Of a stretch of DNA of 64,000 nucleotides, positions 1 through 11,667 are shown in pieces (position 1 is the first letter of the stretch; every line of letters starts with the position of its first letter). The stretch covers positions 2,326,389-2,390,388 of the forward strand of contig CM121343.1 in assembly GCA_051530055.1 (NCBI GenBank), written 5' to 3'. The notes beneath the pieces are model-generated. The model was not told the DNA's origin. It saw nothing but the letters and a program-made list of their open reading frames with translations, and searched no databases. The translations under genes were made by a program, and so were the position numbers. Source of the DNA: Neoechinorhynchus agilis (Eukaryota > Animalia > Acanthocephala).

Positions 1-2010
1 AACGGATCTTCTCTCAAGTTCGGAACCGCATCAGTCATGACCTCGAATGTATGCCTACCTGTGCCGTATCAATCAGTGGAGCGGCGTCCCACATTTTTCC
101 GGGCCTGGCGAACTGAGCCGCATACTTATATGCCTGTACTTCATCGCAGACAAGCTACTGGAAACTTTTATTGGAATTTCGGGGTTAAGGCCTTGGTTGA
201 GATGGGTATTGGACGTACTGTAACTAGAGAACAGCATGTTCAATTGTCATCCGTTGAATTGAATCCGCAATATAATTTGCGAATCATCTTTTGTCAATCT
301 CCTCTATACAATCCCAACATAGCTCCACTGGTAGCTGGATTAACTTCAACTCCTGGGTTATACGATACTAGCCACGGAACGAGAATGTTACAGTAAGTGT
401 TAGGGTTTTCTAGGCATGTCGCTTCTACCATGAATGGAGTACTGTCATAGGCGCTCTTCAAGGCTAATACTTCAGCCTTCTATGCCAAATGTTGGCTAAT
501 GGCCATGATGTTATCTTGGAGCGAAGCAGTTCACTGGGCATTACATACTCTACCCATAGCTAACAATGTTGTGACAGCTGTCTCGTATTCACCGGCCGAT
601 GGTGCAGCCGAAAGTGAGATGCTAACTTCACTGGCTAATGGAGTGCGGTCAGGAGTGCTGGTTGTCGACAACGTCAAGTTCAGTGTGGATCAATTGAACG
701 TATTAGCTTTAGCGGCCAACGAATTCCCGAGATTTGCAGTTACAGCACCTGGTCATCCAGCTCTTATTCAAGCTGTTACGATTCCAGCAGTCCCTTTGAT
801 TATTCTATTCAGAGGAGGTCAAGCTATAGTTCCGCCCGCAATCCTCCCACAATTCGCTACAGTGAAGGAGACGATAATCAAACTAATGTAGGTGCGTCGT
901 GAATTTTCTGCCGCAATTGTCGGTTTTCACCGAGCGGCATCGGTCTTTGCCCGTTGGGGTCCAACCCTGCACCAGAGTCGAATTGGAGGGTTCACTGGAA
1001 CGCTGGAGGTTTCAGTCCTTGAGTGGCCAAAACCGCATTTCGGCAAATCCTTCCTCCACTTACTCGGTCTGGTGAGAGATGCAGCAGATGAGGATATCAA
1101 GTTAGAAGCGTCATACATGGCTGCAGTTGATGTCCCTGATTGTTTCCGGCTAGCCCTATTTTCTTCGGCCATGAGTGTGTTAGCTATTTCAACAGCATTC
1201 GACCAGTATTGCATCACGGCACGCGGGTTATTTTTCGGTGACATCGTGGAAACTGCCACGCACTACAGCTGTCGGCGGTGAGCCGTGTGGCTCCCGCTGT
1301 TTGTGCCCTATACAAAATGGCCATGCGAATATCGACGGCAATGAAAATGCCGAGTCTCGGTATCCACTATTGGACGGCAACAGCTTGGGCAACCGAATTC
1401 ACAGCTATAGCTGTCACGGAGAACATTACAAATGCTATTTGGCATGGCGCCTTTGGGGCTTATGTACCCTATCCTGTGAGTCTACCCGGCACATTGGGGT
1501 TTCTCAAGCCCACCAACTTCTATTATGATAACTCGTGAAGTAACTCGAGCTGGGCGCCCCCAGGACACCTTCTTCATGCCCAGCCTTATGGACGAGATAT
1601 TCAATGCTGGGGGCGTTATATCCAATGCAAGACATTGCACTTCTCACTACGTCCGACTACTCTTGAATGTAATAGCGCAGACCGCCCGCCACGTATTTCC
1701 GGCTACCACCGAATGGATTTCCCGGGATCCCGACATGCTCTGTCACGAACGGTCTACGCAGGACGATGAGCCCTTACCAGCGATGCAGTGGGATGAAGAG
1801 CTGTTAATATTGGTACCTGGCACTTTGCCAGCGTTTTCAAGGGCTGAATTATCACGGGTTATTCTTCGACGGGACTGCTTGCAGCATCCAGCAGTTGGGA
1901 TTGAGTGTGATCGGGGGAGTATTTATGCTCCAGGTGCTTTTGATATCCTGGGGCTGCGTAATGCAAACGGTGAGGCAAACGACCTGCCCGCTGAGGATTA
2001 CCAGTTTTGA
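1..2010 (+). pseudogene. Decayed long intronless ORF (>=670 codons, 5' end outside the window); candidate endogenous dsRNA-virus (toti-like) capsid gene
   Basis: Frame 1 reads from base 1 to ~1260 through three single in-frame stops (TAA 394-396, TAG 448-450, TAG 889-891). It shifts to frame 3 (~1260-1525) and back to frame 1 (1525-2010). It is more GC-rich than the host spacers, has no intron signature and shows no RT, transposase or cellular motif. The viral identity rests on composition and context only. Confidence 0.45.
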
Positions 2011-2046
2011 GTGCGTAGTCTGTGTGTTAGTCACAGGCCCTCTTAA

Positions 2047-2180
2047 CCCTTTTCCCTCGACTGTCCCATACGGTGGGACATTTTTATTTTCTCATTCCGA
2101 TCGTATGTCCCACCCGGTGGGACTTATTGGTAGCATACAAATCTTACGATCGTACGTCCTACCCGGTGGGGCATATCGTT
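2047..2180 (+). promoter_or_regulatory. Slippery heptamer CCCTTTT followed by three related stem-loops (candidate -1 ribosomal frameshift or viral RNA structure)
   Basis: CCCTTTT at 2047-2053 fits X XXY YYZ. After an ~8-nt spacer come GTCCCA-TACGG-TGGGAC, GTCCCA-CCCGG-TGGGAC and GTCCTA-CCCGG-TGGGGC. Confidence 0.4.
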
Positions 2181-2236
2181 ATCGGAGCAGTCCGACGTCA
2201 AAAACGAATGCACCCACTAACCGGAAGTAACTGATT

Positions 2237-2894
2237 CTGCGGCATTGAAGCACGAGTAGTGCACAGGACAAATCCGTCGCTAAAGCGGATGCTAATGCGG
2301 ACAATGCATCACGAAGATACGAGGATTTGCCCAAAGGCCTGTCTGATGTGCAAGCACTGCCCGAAGAATGCTGGGGCAAAAAGCGATTGCTTCTCAAGCA
2401 ACGTCGTCTACGAGATCACCTGCAGGAACTGTAAGGACGAAGGACGTTCCTGCAATTATGTCGGGAAAACAGAGCGAACACTGCGTGAACGCATCACTGA
2501 GCACGTGCGTAATGCATGCAATCCGACCAGTCCAGCGTACGCATCAACGCCCTGGGGCACCCACTTCGCTACCCGCCACGAGGGAGCCAGCCCGGTTTTT
2601 GACGTTGGGGTTCTTTATCGGGCATCAGATCCCATTGAACTCTCTATCTCGGAAGCCCTGCTGATCAACCGTGATTGGGTAGTGCGGTCGGGTGCAAGTG
2701 GGGATCTCGGCCGCGAACGAGAAAACCTGAACCGCCGGGACGAATTGACAGGGAGCATGGACCTCTTGTGAACTCCCTTTGTGTGTTTTAGATTATCAAG
2801 GAACCTGAAGAAGGCGTGAGGCGCCGAAATATCGGATTCAATAAAAGATTGTGTGTGTGTTCCTCAACGTCTAAAAAATCAAAAACCATATACA
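2237..2894 (+). mobile_element. 5'-truncated Penelope-like element (GIY-YIG endonuclease C-terminus plus 3' end)
   Basis: VVYEITCRNC...YVGKTERTLRERITEH is a GIY-YIG signature. The 658 bp appear identical to 13393-14050, and the ORF translations are identical. Confidence 0.9.
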
Positions 2895-2942
2895 TGAGGA
2901 TACACAATAAAGAGGCCTTCAATCAGTCTAAAAATAGACGTA

Positions 2943-5091
2943 ATGGCGAGTAAAAAAAGCGATTTACAGCTGACGAAGCAGCTCAGATGATGTTTGAAGA
3001 AAGCAGTTTAGACTCATCTAATGATACAGATATTAGCGATTCAGAGGATGATAGTGACTTCCTTTATGAGCTTGGCGATTCTGCGATGTCATCCGATGAA
3101 AATGACAGTGGGGATGACGATGGAGCTGAAGAAAGCGAAAGTGAACGCGCAGCTGATGGTGAACAGTGGATAGAATAGAACGCTACTCACGTTCTGAACC
3201 AATTACCGTTTACAGTGCAGAATCCAGGATTGCAGATTACGGGTTCGACAATCCCTGATAGCGCTGGCGATTCATTTGCGTTATTTTTCACAACAGACTT
3301 GGTGCAGGAGATTGTCAATGAAACGAACCGTTATGCTAAAGAAAAGCTGAGCAATCTTGAACTGAAGAGAAGGTCAATCTGGCACACTTAGAAAGACGTT
3401 ACAGTACCCGAATTTAGGGCATATCTAGGCGTTGTGCTTAGAATGGCAATGCAAGTACGTGGACAAATTCAAGATTTTTTCTCAACTGAGTGGATCAACT
3501 ACATGCCATTTTATGGTGATGTATTTCGGCGGGAGAGATTTCTGTAAATCCACTGGATGTTGCACGTTCAGCCGCCATCTTCTAATGCAGCTGGTTCACA
3601 GACAAGAGGTTGTAAAGTGAAAAATGTAACTGCGCACATGAAGAGCAAATGTTTGGAATTGTTTATTCCTTACCAAAACATAGCAATAGATGAAAGTACA
3701 ATAAGTTTCAAAGGAAGGACGCAGTTCAAAATGTATAATCCTCAAAAACCCCACAAACGGCGTCTTCGAGTTTTTTCAATCGCAGATTGCAAGACCTTAC
3801 TATGGATCTATAACAACAAATAGTCTTCCAAGACCAGACTTGCCATTCACTGCGCAGTCAACGGTGACGGGTATCACATATTCACGGACCGGCAAATATT
3901 CACACAACCGGTACAGTGATGCGCAATCGACAAGGTTTACCACGCGATGTGAAACAGACACTCAATATGAAGAAGTTTGAAGTTCGTGCTTGGAACTACA
4001 ACAACAACGAATGGCAAGACAAGCGAATAATATTCACACAACGAGGATGTAAAACAAAGGAGGAGGCCTACCTAAAGTACGGAGCTCAATTGAGATCTAA
4101 ATTGCATACTTTTAAAAAGTGGGCTCATTCAACGATCAATCTATCGCCAACAGCTGTTACAATCAGAAACCATCTGGTTCCAGCTCTTGCCACCGACAAG
4201 ACACGTGGTGTCTATGCTTATCCGTACGACATCTGGCATATTGAGACAATTCTATACTATGACCTCATCCAGCAGTATAAGAAGAAATTCAAACTTCCGA
4301 AGGGCGACTGTTTCTATGGTATAGATATCCCACCTCCAGCGGGAGGACTGAATCAGTTACTTGACAGCCTTAAAAACTTCCATTTTGATAAACGATGGAT
4401 GTGCGATTTCTCGGAATTTGATAAGTCTCTGGCGAATTTCTGGATTGATGCAGCTTTCAGAATTATTAATTCTAACATTGATCCTAGTCATTACTTGACA
4501 TACGGAACGCCGAATGTACAATCCATCATGAGAATGATGAGACTGGTGAAGGATTACTTCATCAACACTCCGCTAGTCCTATCGAATGGGCGGATCTATC
4601 ACAAAGCTAATGGCGTACCCTCCGGATCGTTACTCACTAATTTAGTTGATACGATTGCCAATGCTTTAATTATTAATTATGTGATAGCTAAGAATTTTCC
4701 AGAATATGAAGCCCCACTATACGGTCAATCATTTATGGGTGATGACAGTGTTGTTAGTTTCTATCATGCTGACCCGGTAACTAATCGCAGAGTTACTGTT
4801 GAAGAACTAGCTGACATGTTCTGGGAATGTGGACTCATCCTCAACGTATCTAAATTTGTAATATCGGACGTCGAAATTGAATACTTGGGTTACAAGTTGA
4901 AGGCTCAAGGTACTCTACCAACTCGGGATATGGCGAAAGTAATCGCTTCATGCTTAGCACATATTACAATGCAGCTGTAGAGACTGTGCAGAGGACGAAC
5001 AAATCTAGGCAGGTGGAAGATATCAGCCAAAAACCTACTGCTATTGTCGAATACACAAAACATATGAGTGCGGTGGACCGATTCGATCATT
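2943..5091 (+). pseudogene. piggyBac-family (PGBD-like) transposase pseudogene, interrupted by a viral insert at 4037-4950
   Basis: Acidic N-terminus, FALFFTTDLVQEIVNETNRYA, IAIDESTISFKGRTQFKMYNPQKPHK, GTVMRNRQGLP, WQDKRIIF|MLSTYYN and KPTAIVEYTKHMSAVDRFDH. Several stops and frameshifts. No TTAA-flanked TIRs found. Confidence 0.9.
4037..4946 (+). other. Endogenous viral element: partitivirus-like RNA-dependent RNA polymerase fragment (~303 codons, no stops)
   Basis: RNHLV...DKTRGVYAYP (motif F), CDFSEFDKSL (A), GVPSGSLLTNLVDTIAN (B), MGDDS (C), LILNVSK (D) and EYLGY (E), in partiti-like order and spacing. TTCA occurs at 4033-4036 and 4947-4950. Confidence 0.9.
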
Positions 5092-5109
5092 AAGGGCCAC
5101 TTAGAAAAT

Positions 5110-5288
5110 AAAACCCTGTAAGATGGTAGAATTTCTTAACCATAATCATTTGATTCCTAGTTTTATGAACGGGTTTATTCCTGGCAGAGGCGTTAACACG
5201 CTAATGGAACAGCTCGTGTCTTTTTCTAGGGCTAGACAACGTTCTGTGAATGTGCTCTTAGAAATAGACATTTCGAAGGCGTTCAGAT
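5110..5288 (+). mobile_element. Non-LTR reverse transcriptase fragment related to the LINE at 26-30 kb
   Basis: FLNHNHLIPSFMNGFIPGRGVNTL...LLEIDISKAF parallels LIPDFFHGFIRGKGVTSL...IQLDINKAF at 28870 onward. Confidence 0.75.
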
Positions 5289-5289
5289 G

Positions 5290-6650
5290 GATCTGTCGTT
5301 CGACAACAATCTTCAAACGGCAAAAAAAAGAGATAAAACGCATAGCAGTCAAGAGTGAACGCGGATCATTCAAAACATAACGACTAATCCTTAAAAAATC
5401 GGTCAGCTCTAGTTCGAAACGCAGAAAATTTTTCTATTTATATTAATAAACCAAACCGTTAAAATGCTCAAATTAAAGTATTGATTTCCTTCTTAATTAA
5501 GCGTGGATAACTTCTTAATTGCAGTGAGATATTAAAATCCAAATTTGCATTAAAAACATTGACTTACATCTCAAGTTTAGAAAGCCGAAATGCTCGATTT
5601 TCTCGAAATCATTCATAAAAAGAGCACAACGACAACCATTTCCAAATCACGAATTACGGTGCGCATTCGATTCGACATTGAGTGAAAACGTGAAAAAACG
5701 AAAGAAACGAACTTTTAATTTTTGAAACGACGATCGCGTTACGTCGGTATTCAAAGTGTTGATTTCTTTAGTAACGATTTTGAAGAATAATAATCAAGGA
5801 AATGGCTAAAAGTGTTAAATATAATAAAGAAATTAAAAAAGGCGCCAAGGGAAATGGCTAAAAGTGTTAAATATAATAAAGAAATTAAAAAAGGCGCCAA
5901 GGGATGACGCATTCGCTAGTGCAGAACATATCCTTGGCTATCCAGCGAGAAAACGCAGCGAGTGTCTTGGGGACGGTGAAGGACAATTGAGAATAATATA
6001 AGTTAATAAATTCCTCTTTTTTTAAAAAAAATCATCGAATATTTACAAAGCTACTTTAAAACAAGCATTTTTTCCATGCCTTGTTCAGTTCTACAGAACT
6101 CGCTTCCGCATTTATGGAAGGCTCACATCATTACTTTGGGCGATAATCCAGACTGAAAAACCCTATAAATTTAAGCCGTCTAATTGTAATCCATTTAATT
6201 TAGGACTGCACATCATCTAACGTTAATTTTTAGCGATTCCACAAATAATAAAATCGCAATTCTCTTTGGTTCGTAGGTATTTCATTCTTCAATTGAATGG
6301 AACCACAACCAATCACCAACAGTGAATCATTATCTAAAGACCTTAAACTAAATTTTTGCTCTGGACGAAGTTAAACAACGCGTTTTAAAGCTCCTTGGAT
6401 CCAGGAATCATTCGCTAAACTAAAAGATCCTATATCTGAGATTTATTTAGGGCGCGATCTTGGTTTATTGCAACTAAGAATTGTTTAAATCCAAACTAAA
6501 CGGACATTGATAATTGTGAGCATTTAGCGGGCTAAAAACCCAATTATAATTGTCAAAGCATTTTTAGTGTTAGAATAAAACATAAAGTTAAACCCTGAAC
6601 TAAATTTTCAAACTCACTACAATTGCATTGCAATTATGTTTTGTCGGTAA
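5290..6650. repeat. Dispersed AT-rich composite repeat, most diverged of three copies (others at ~16350-18140 and ~35490-38640)
   Basis: Shares long blocks with the other copies, e.g. aagagtgaacgcggatc, gaaagccgaaatgctcgattttctcgaaatcattcataaaaagagcacaacgacaacc and ctttaaaactccttggatccaggaatcattcgc-like. Confidence 0.85.
5798..5903. repeat. 52-bp tandem duplication
   Basis: ggaaatggctaaaagtgttaaatataataaagaaattaaaaaaggcgccaag occurs twice; the other repeat copies have one related unit. Confidence 0.9.
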
Positions 6651-9157
6651 TTAATTCAAGATATTTTACTCGTTTTAAAGAATTCGGAGGGATAGCTAAA
6701 TCCAAAGTTTTAAATATTAGCTTAATTTATCATTTTTAGGAATGAAAGTGGATGAATTGACTAATTTCGATGTACTTCGATCCCAATATTCATACCTACG
6801 ATTTAATCAAAGTCCAAATATTAATTACAAATTAGTTTTCATCGACATCATTCTACACTATTAACACAGCGAAATTTAATAATTAGAACATTAATCTTTC
6901 GCCGTGAGCTACAGGCGAATAAAGTCGCAGCATCAATAATATTCGTCCCTTACTTTAGTGAGAAATGTTCCGATGCGACAATGCTTTCAGCCTTTAAAGA
7001 CGAGGTAAACAATAAAAATAATTAATGCTTATCATTGTTAATATTATCGAGTTAAATTTATTTGTGTTGTGTTTGGACGTCTTTGTTTGTAACACTTTTA
7101 TTGATCGTAATATTGGAAGAAATATTCATGTTTTGTAAAAAAAACGCAGATAATTGACCTGATTTGTTTAATTGAACGTGGCTTGACTGCTTTTTATTTT
7201 TTGTTTTAAACTGCTTTCGCACGTTTGTTCAAATTGTTCAAAGTCGGGAATATCTCATTTGCGGAGATTAATTCTGCGCTTTCTAGATCAATATATTTTA
7301 TTTTTTGCAATGGACGAAATTTACAGGTTCCCACCAATTAAAAAATATTAAGCTGTTAATCCTTAAAACGTTGAACGATTAGTCCTGGTCGACATTTTTC
7401 CAAATTTATCAAGAATAAATAAATTTAATTGAAATTGATTAATCTTAGTTAAAGAGAGAGGCTAAATGATATGTTACGCATTGCTTTTTTAGGACCAATG
7501 ATTTATTATTCAGTGGTATTCAAATAAATTTTTATACAGAATACGCCTCAATATTTCTCGTTGTTGAAAGAGGATCGTATGATATTCCCTATAAATTACT
7601 CATTGCCATGGTTATCAACCCCGTTAAAATATTAAGTTTCAAGAACTTCTACTTTTTTACGATTCATTTCTGGGAAGTTGGTTTTCGTGGAAGGCAGAAA
7701 TATTGAAATCACTTGATTTGCTTCTTACAGACATACAAAGAAAAAGAGATCAAGAATTCGAATGGTCTTAAATAAACGACCATTTGAAAAGAACCGATTT
7801 TCCCAATTATTATAAGCTGCTTTGAATTTCTCACTAACTTTGCGATTCCTAAATCACAGATCGCTTAAGCTGGTTGCTTGTCTTAAAGGGCATTTAATAT
7901 TCTTTGCTCAATTGAATTTTAAGAATTAGAGTAAAATGATTACAAAGCTGAATAACGGTCGCAGAATTTATCTGCCGTATGCATTTATATTAAACGAATA
8001 AAAAGATTTAATAAATGGAAGAGCATATTCGCCTTTAATTTTATATCTAAATTTTTACGACGAATCAGAATTCATAAGAAGTTTAATACCTTAATAATCG
8101 TATAAAACTGTACTATTTTTAATTTTAATGATCAGACTTTGTGCAGTTGCCTTTCTTTAAGAAGATCGCTTAATTTTAACTTTCTCTAAATAAATTCTTA
8201 GACCTCGTAAGCAATGAACCGGTCGAAGATTTTGATTCGACGACGAACATGAATATCACGGATTGCAAATAACGGAAGCTTGTTGAAGTTCTCGAATAGG
8301 ACTCAGCGCGAGGATTGCTAGTGCATAAATAAAAGTGGATAATTTTAGATTGCGCTTGAAAGCATGTTGTTATCATTCACGTGGGTTTTTATTTCAAAAC
8401 ATAACGCTATCGTAAGCTCAATGTTTTTCCAAATGATCATTCCGTATTCCCCATTTTTCGTATTACTGCCGGTAATATCTTTTTGCATAATAAAGATTCC
8501 CATTGCCAAGTTTGCTTCAATGTACGTTTTTCGCGAAAACGTTCGCATTACATTCCTCTTGAAAATTTTCGGATAAAAAGCTAAATGAAACCCTGGAGGT
8601 TCTATTTAGATCTTCACCCGTTAAATAATTTTTTATTAAATACGTTTCAAATCTCGTCGTTTTCATCACCAGTTGCAATTCACTCTTCACTTACTTTTTG
8701 GGATTTGCTTTTGAACAATACAACCATCCGTGCCACTAAACACTCCAAATTTATGTTCGAATTTTTTGGCAATTATGTGCTTTATTTGTGTAACCTTAGA
8801 GAACCGGGCATTTTCTTAGATGTTAGCATTTTTGAAAAATACTCCGAGTATTCTAATATTAAACGCATGGCATTAAGACAAAAAACATTGAATTTACATT
8901 GAGAATGATAAGTATAGACTTGAACAGCTACTACCGAACATTTTGAGACAGATCCCGTGGATTACTTAGTAGTGAAAAAAACAATTCTTTAAATTATTTT
9001 TTGACATAAAATATATTTTCCCGAAGTCAAAATATTTATTCTTTAAATTACAATATATATTCATGGAATACCCCTGTATCAATCCTCAAATTTTAGTTAG
9101 AATCCTCCGCGTGTCGTACGCGATATCTTGCATATGAGATTCTAGATAAAACAGTAA

Positions 9158-10167
9158 ATGGATCCAAACACTCCAACGGCGAATAAATTTAGTGTTATTA
9201 GCCCTGCTGTTAAGGGTGTTGGGCCCCTAAAGATTTTCCTCGAAGATCAACTTGAGGATCTACGAACATGCCCAATCTGCTTAGATACGTTTAAAGATCC
9301 GCGTGCTCTTCCTTGTTGTCATACCTTCTGTTGTCAATGCATTGAGAAAATTGTAGAAAACGAGCGTCAGATATCGTGTCCTTGTTGCCGTAGAGTATTT
9401 AACCTGAACGGAAAGCCAAGAGATGTTTTATATCGCAATCATCGTGCAGCTACTTTGATCGATTTAAAACCGATTGAAATTCAATCTCCAAAGAAGTGTG
9501 ATTCATGCGAAAATGCTGCTTTGGGTTTATGCTTCCATTGCAATCGAAGTGCCTGTCAAAACTGCGTAACATCTCATTATAAAGACCAGGTAAAGAGCAA
9601 TAGAAAACTGGTTAAAGAAATTGAACATTTGTCGGCGAGGACGAAAGGTAGGTGGAAATTCCCAGTTTTTATGTGTGCTTGTCGCACTCGAATTATTTCT
9701 AGAATCACTAGCTCAAACTCGTAGTCGTTTTGAACAACTGATGAGTGACCACAAGTCAAAGCTTACGGTTGAGCGAAATGAGGCATTAGAAGATCTAAGG
9801 GAAAGTTCGCAGAAGTGTCGTAAAACATTAATGGAACTTAAAACCTGCGCAATTGCGACAATCCGCAATCTATCTCACTCGCAAGAAAGTGATGTCGAAA
9901 ACGCTACAAGATATCTTGAAGCGATTAATAAAATTAAAAATGAAAGGTACGATTTAAAATAACAACTGCTTGGACTTGCAATGTGAGTTTAGAAGATCTT
10001 CAAATGAACTAGTAATGGAAGGGATTCACATTATAAGAAGGCTATACGACTCCCGTCAAGGATTTTCTTCATCGATGAGCGAAACCTTCCGCACGTCACA
10101 CGTAAATTCTCGATTCTATGAATTCTCACGAAGAAATTATTCTTTTAGGCATATTTTCAGCTGTTAG
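9158..10167 (+). CDS. TRIM-like RING + B-box + coiled-coil protein, 302 aa; join(9158..9647,9703..9946,9993..10167)
   Basis: C3HC4 RING CPICLDTFKDPRALPCCHTFCCQC...CPCCR, B-box-like CDSC...CFHC..SACQNCVTSH, then a helical region. GT-AG introns of 55 and 46 nt join three ORF-track frames in phase (909 nt). Confidence 0.85.
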
Positions 10168-10679
10168 CACAGTTATACAGCAGGCGTGAATTCTAAAATT
10201 AAACTGATTGTTTAAAGTTGTTTGAAAGGACTCCAAACTTATGTTCGAATTTTTTGGCAATTATGTGCTTTATTTGTAAAACATCAAACCTTAGAGAACC
10301 GGGCATTATCTTAGATGTTAGCATTTTTAAAAAATACTCCGAGTATTCTAATATTAAACGCATGGCATTAAGACAAAAAACATTGAATTTACATTGAGAA
10401 TGATAAGTGGAGACTTAAACAGCTACTACCGAACATTTTGAGACAGATCCCATGGAGTACTTAGTAGTGAATAAAAATATTGTTTAAATTATTTAATTTC
10501 TTTAACGTAAAATATTTATTCCTGAAATCAAAATATTTATTCCCGAAGTCAAAATATTTATTCTTTAAATTACAATATATATTCATGGAATACCCCTGTA
10601 TCAATCCTCAAATTTTAGTTAGAATCCTCCGCGTGTCGTACGCGATATCTTGCATATGAGATTCTAGATAAAACAGTAA

Positions 10680-11667
10680 ATGGATCCAAACACTCCAACG
10701 GCGAATAAATTTAGTGTTATTAGCCCTGCTGTTAAGGGTGTTGGGCCCCTAAAGATTTTCCTCGAAGATCAACTTGAGGATCTACGAACATGCCCAATCT
10801 GCTTAGATACGTTTAAAGATCCGCGTGCTCTTCCTTGTTGTCATACCTTCTGTTGTCAATGCATTGAGAAAAATGTAGAAAACAAGCGTTGGATATCGTG
10901 TCCTTGTTGCCGTAGAGTATTTAACCTGAACGGAAAGCCAAGAGATGTTTTATATCGCAATCATCGTGCAGCTACTTTGATCGATTTAAAACCGATTGAA
11001 ATTCAATCTCCAAAGAAGTGTGGTTCATGCGAAAATGCTGCCTAGGGTTTATGCTTCCATTACATTCGAAAAGCCTGCCAAAACTGCGTAACATCTCATT
11101 ATAAAGACCAGGTAAACTGCAATAGAAAACTGGTTAAAGAAATTGAACAGTTGTCGGCGAAGACGAAAGGTAGGTGGAAATTCCCAGTTTTTATGTGTGC
11201 TTGTCGCACTCAAATTATTTCTAGAATCACTTGCTCAAACTCGTAGTCGTTTTGAACAACTGATGAGTGACCACAAGTCAAAGCTTACGGCTGAGCGAAA
11301 TGAGGCATTAGAAGATCTAAGGGAAAATTCGCAGAAGTGTCGTAAAACATTAATGGAACTTAAAACCTGCGCAATTGCGACAATCCGGAATCTATCTCAC
11401 TCGCAAGAAAGTGATGTCGAAAACGCTACAAGATATCTTGAAGCGATTAATAAAATTGAAATATGCGATTTAAAATAACAACTGCTTGGACTTGCAATGT
11501 GAGTTTAGAAGATCTTCAAATGAACTAGTAATGGAAGGGATTCACATTATAAGAAGGCTATACGACTCCCGTCAAGGATTTTCTTAATCGATGAGCGAAA
11601 CCTTTCGCACGTCACACGTAAATTCTCACGAACAAATTATTCTTTTAGGCATATTTTCAGCGGTTAG
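10680..11667 (+). pseudogene. Broken duplicate of the RING/B-box gene
   Basis: Near-identical to copy 1, but TTG>TAG at 11043-11045, a B-box Cys>Tyr change, and loss of the intron-2 donor (aaatgaaaggtacg > gaaatatgcg). Confidence 0.85.

Noticed and set aside
1-4946. Capsid-like ORF and RdRp as two parts of one viral genome
   Set aside because: They are separated by PLE and piggyBac sequence, differ greatly in decay, and partitiviruses encode capsid and RdRp on separate segments without frameshifting.
4033-4950. TTCA as a piggyBac TTAA target-site duplication
   Set aside because: It is not TTAA and the insert has no TIRs; microhomology is the simpler reading.
3916-4980. Treating the 354-aa ORF as a domesticated transposase-RdRp fusion gene
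   Set aside because: The upstream transposase is broken by stops, only ~40 piggyBac codons precede the RdRp, the RdRp lacks both termini, and the downstream transposase is out of frame. There is no evidence of function without expression data.
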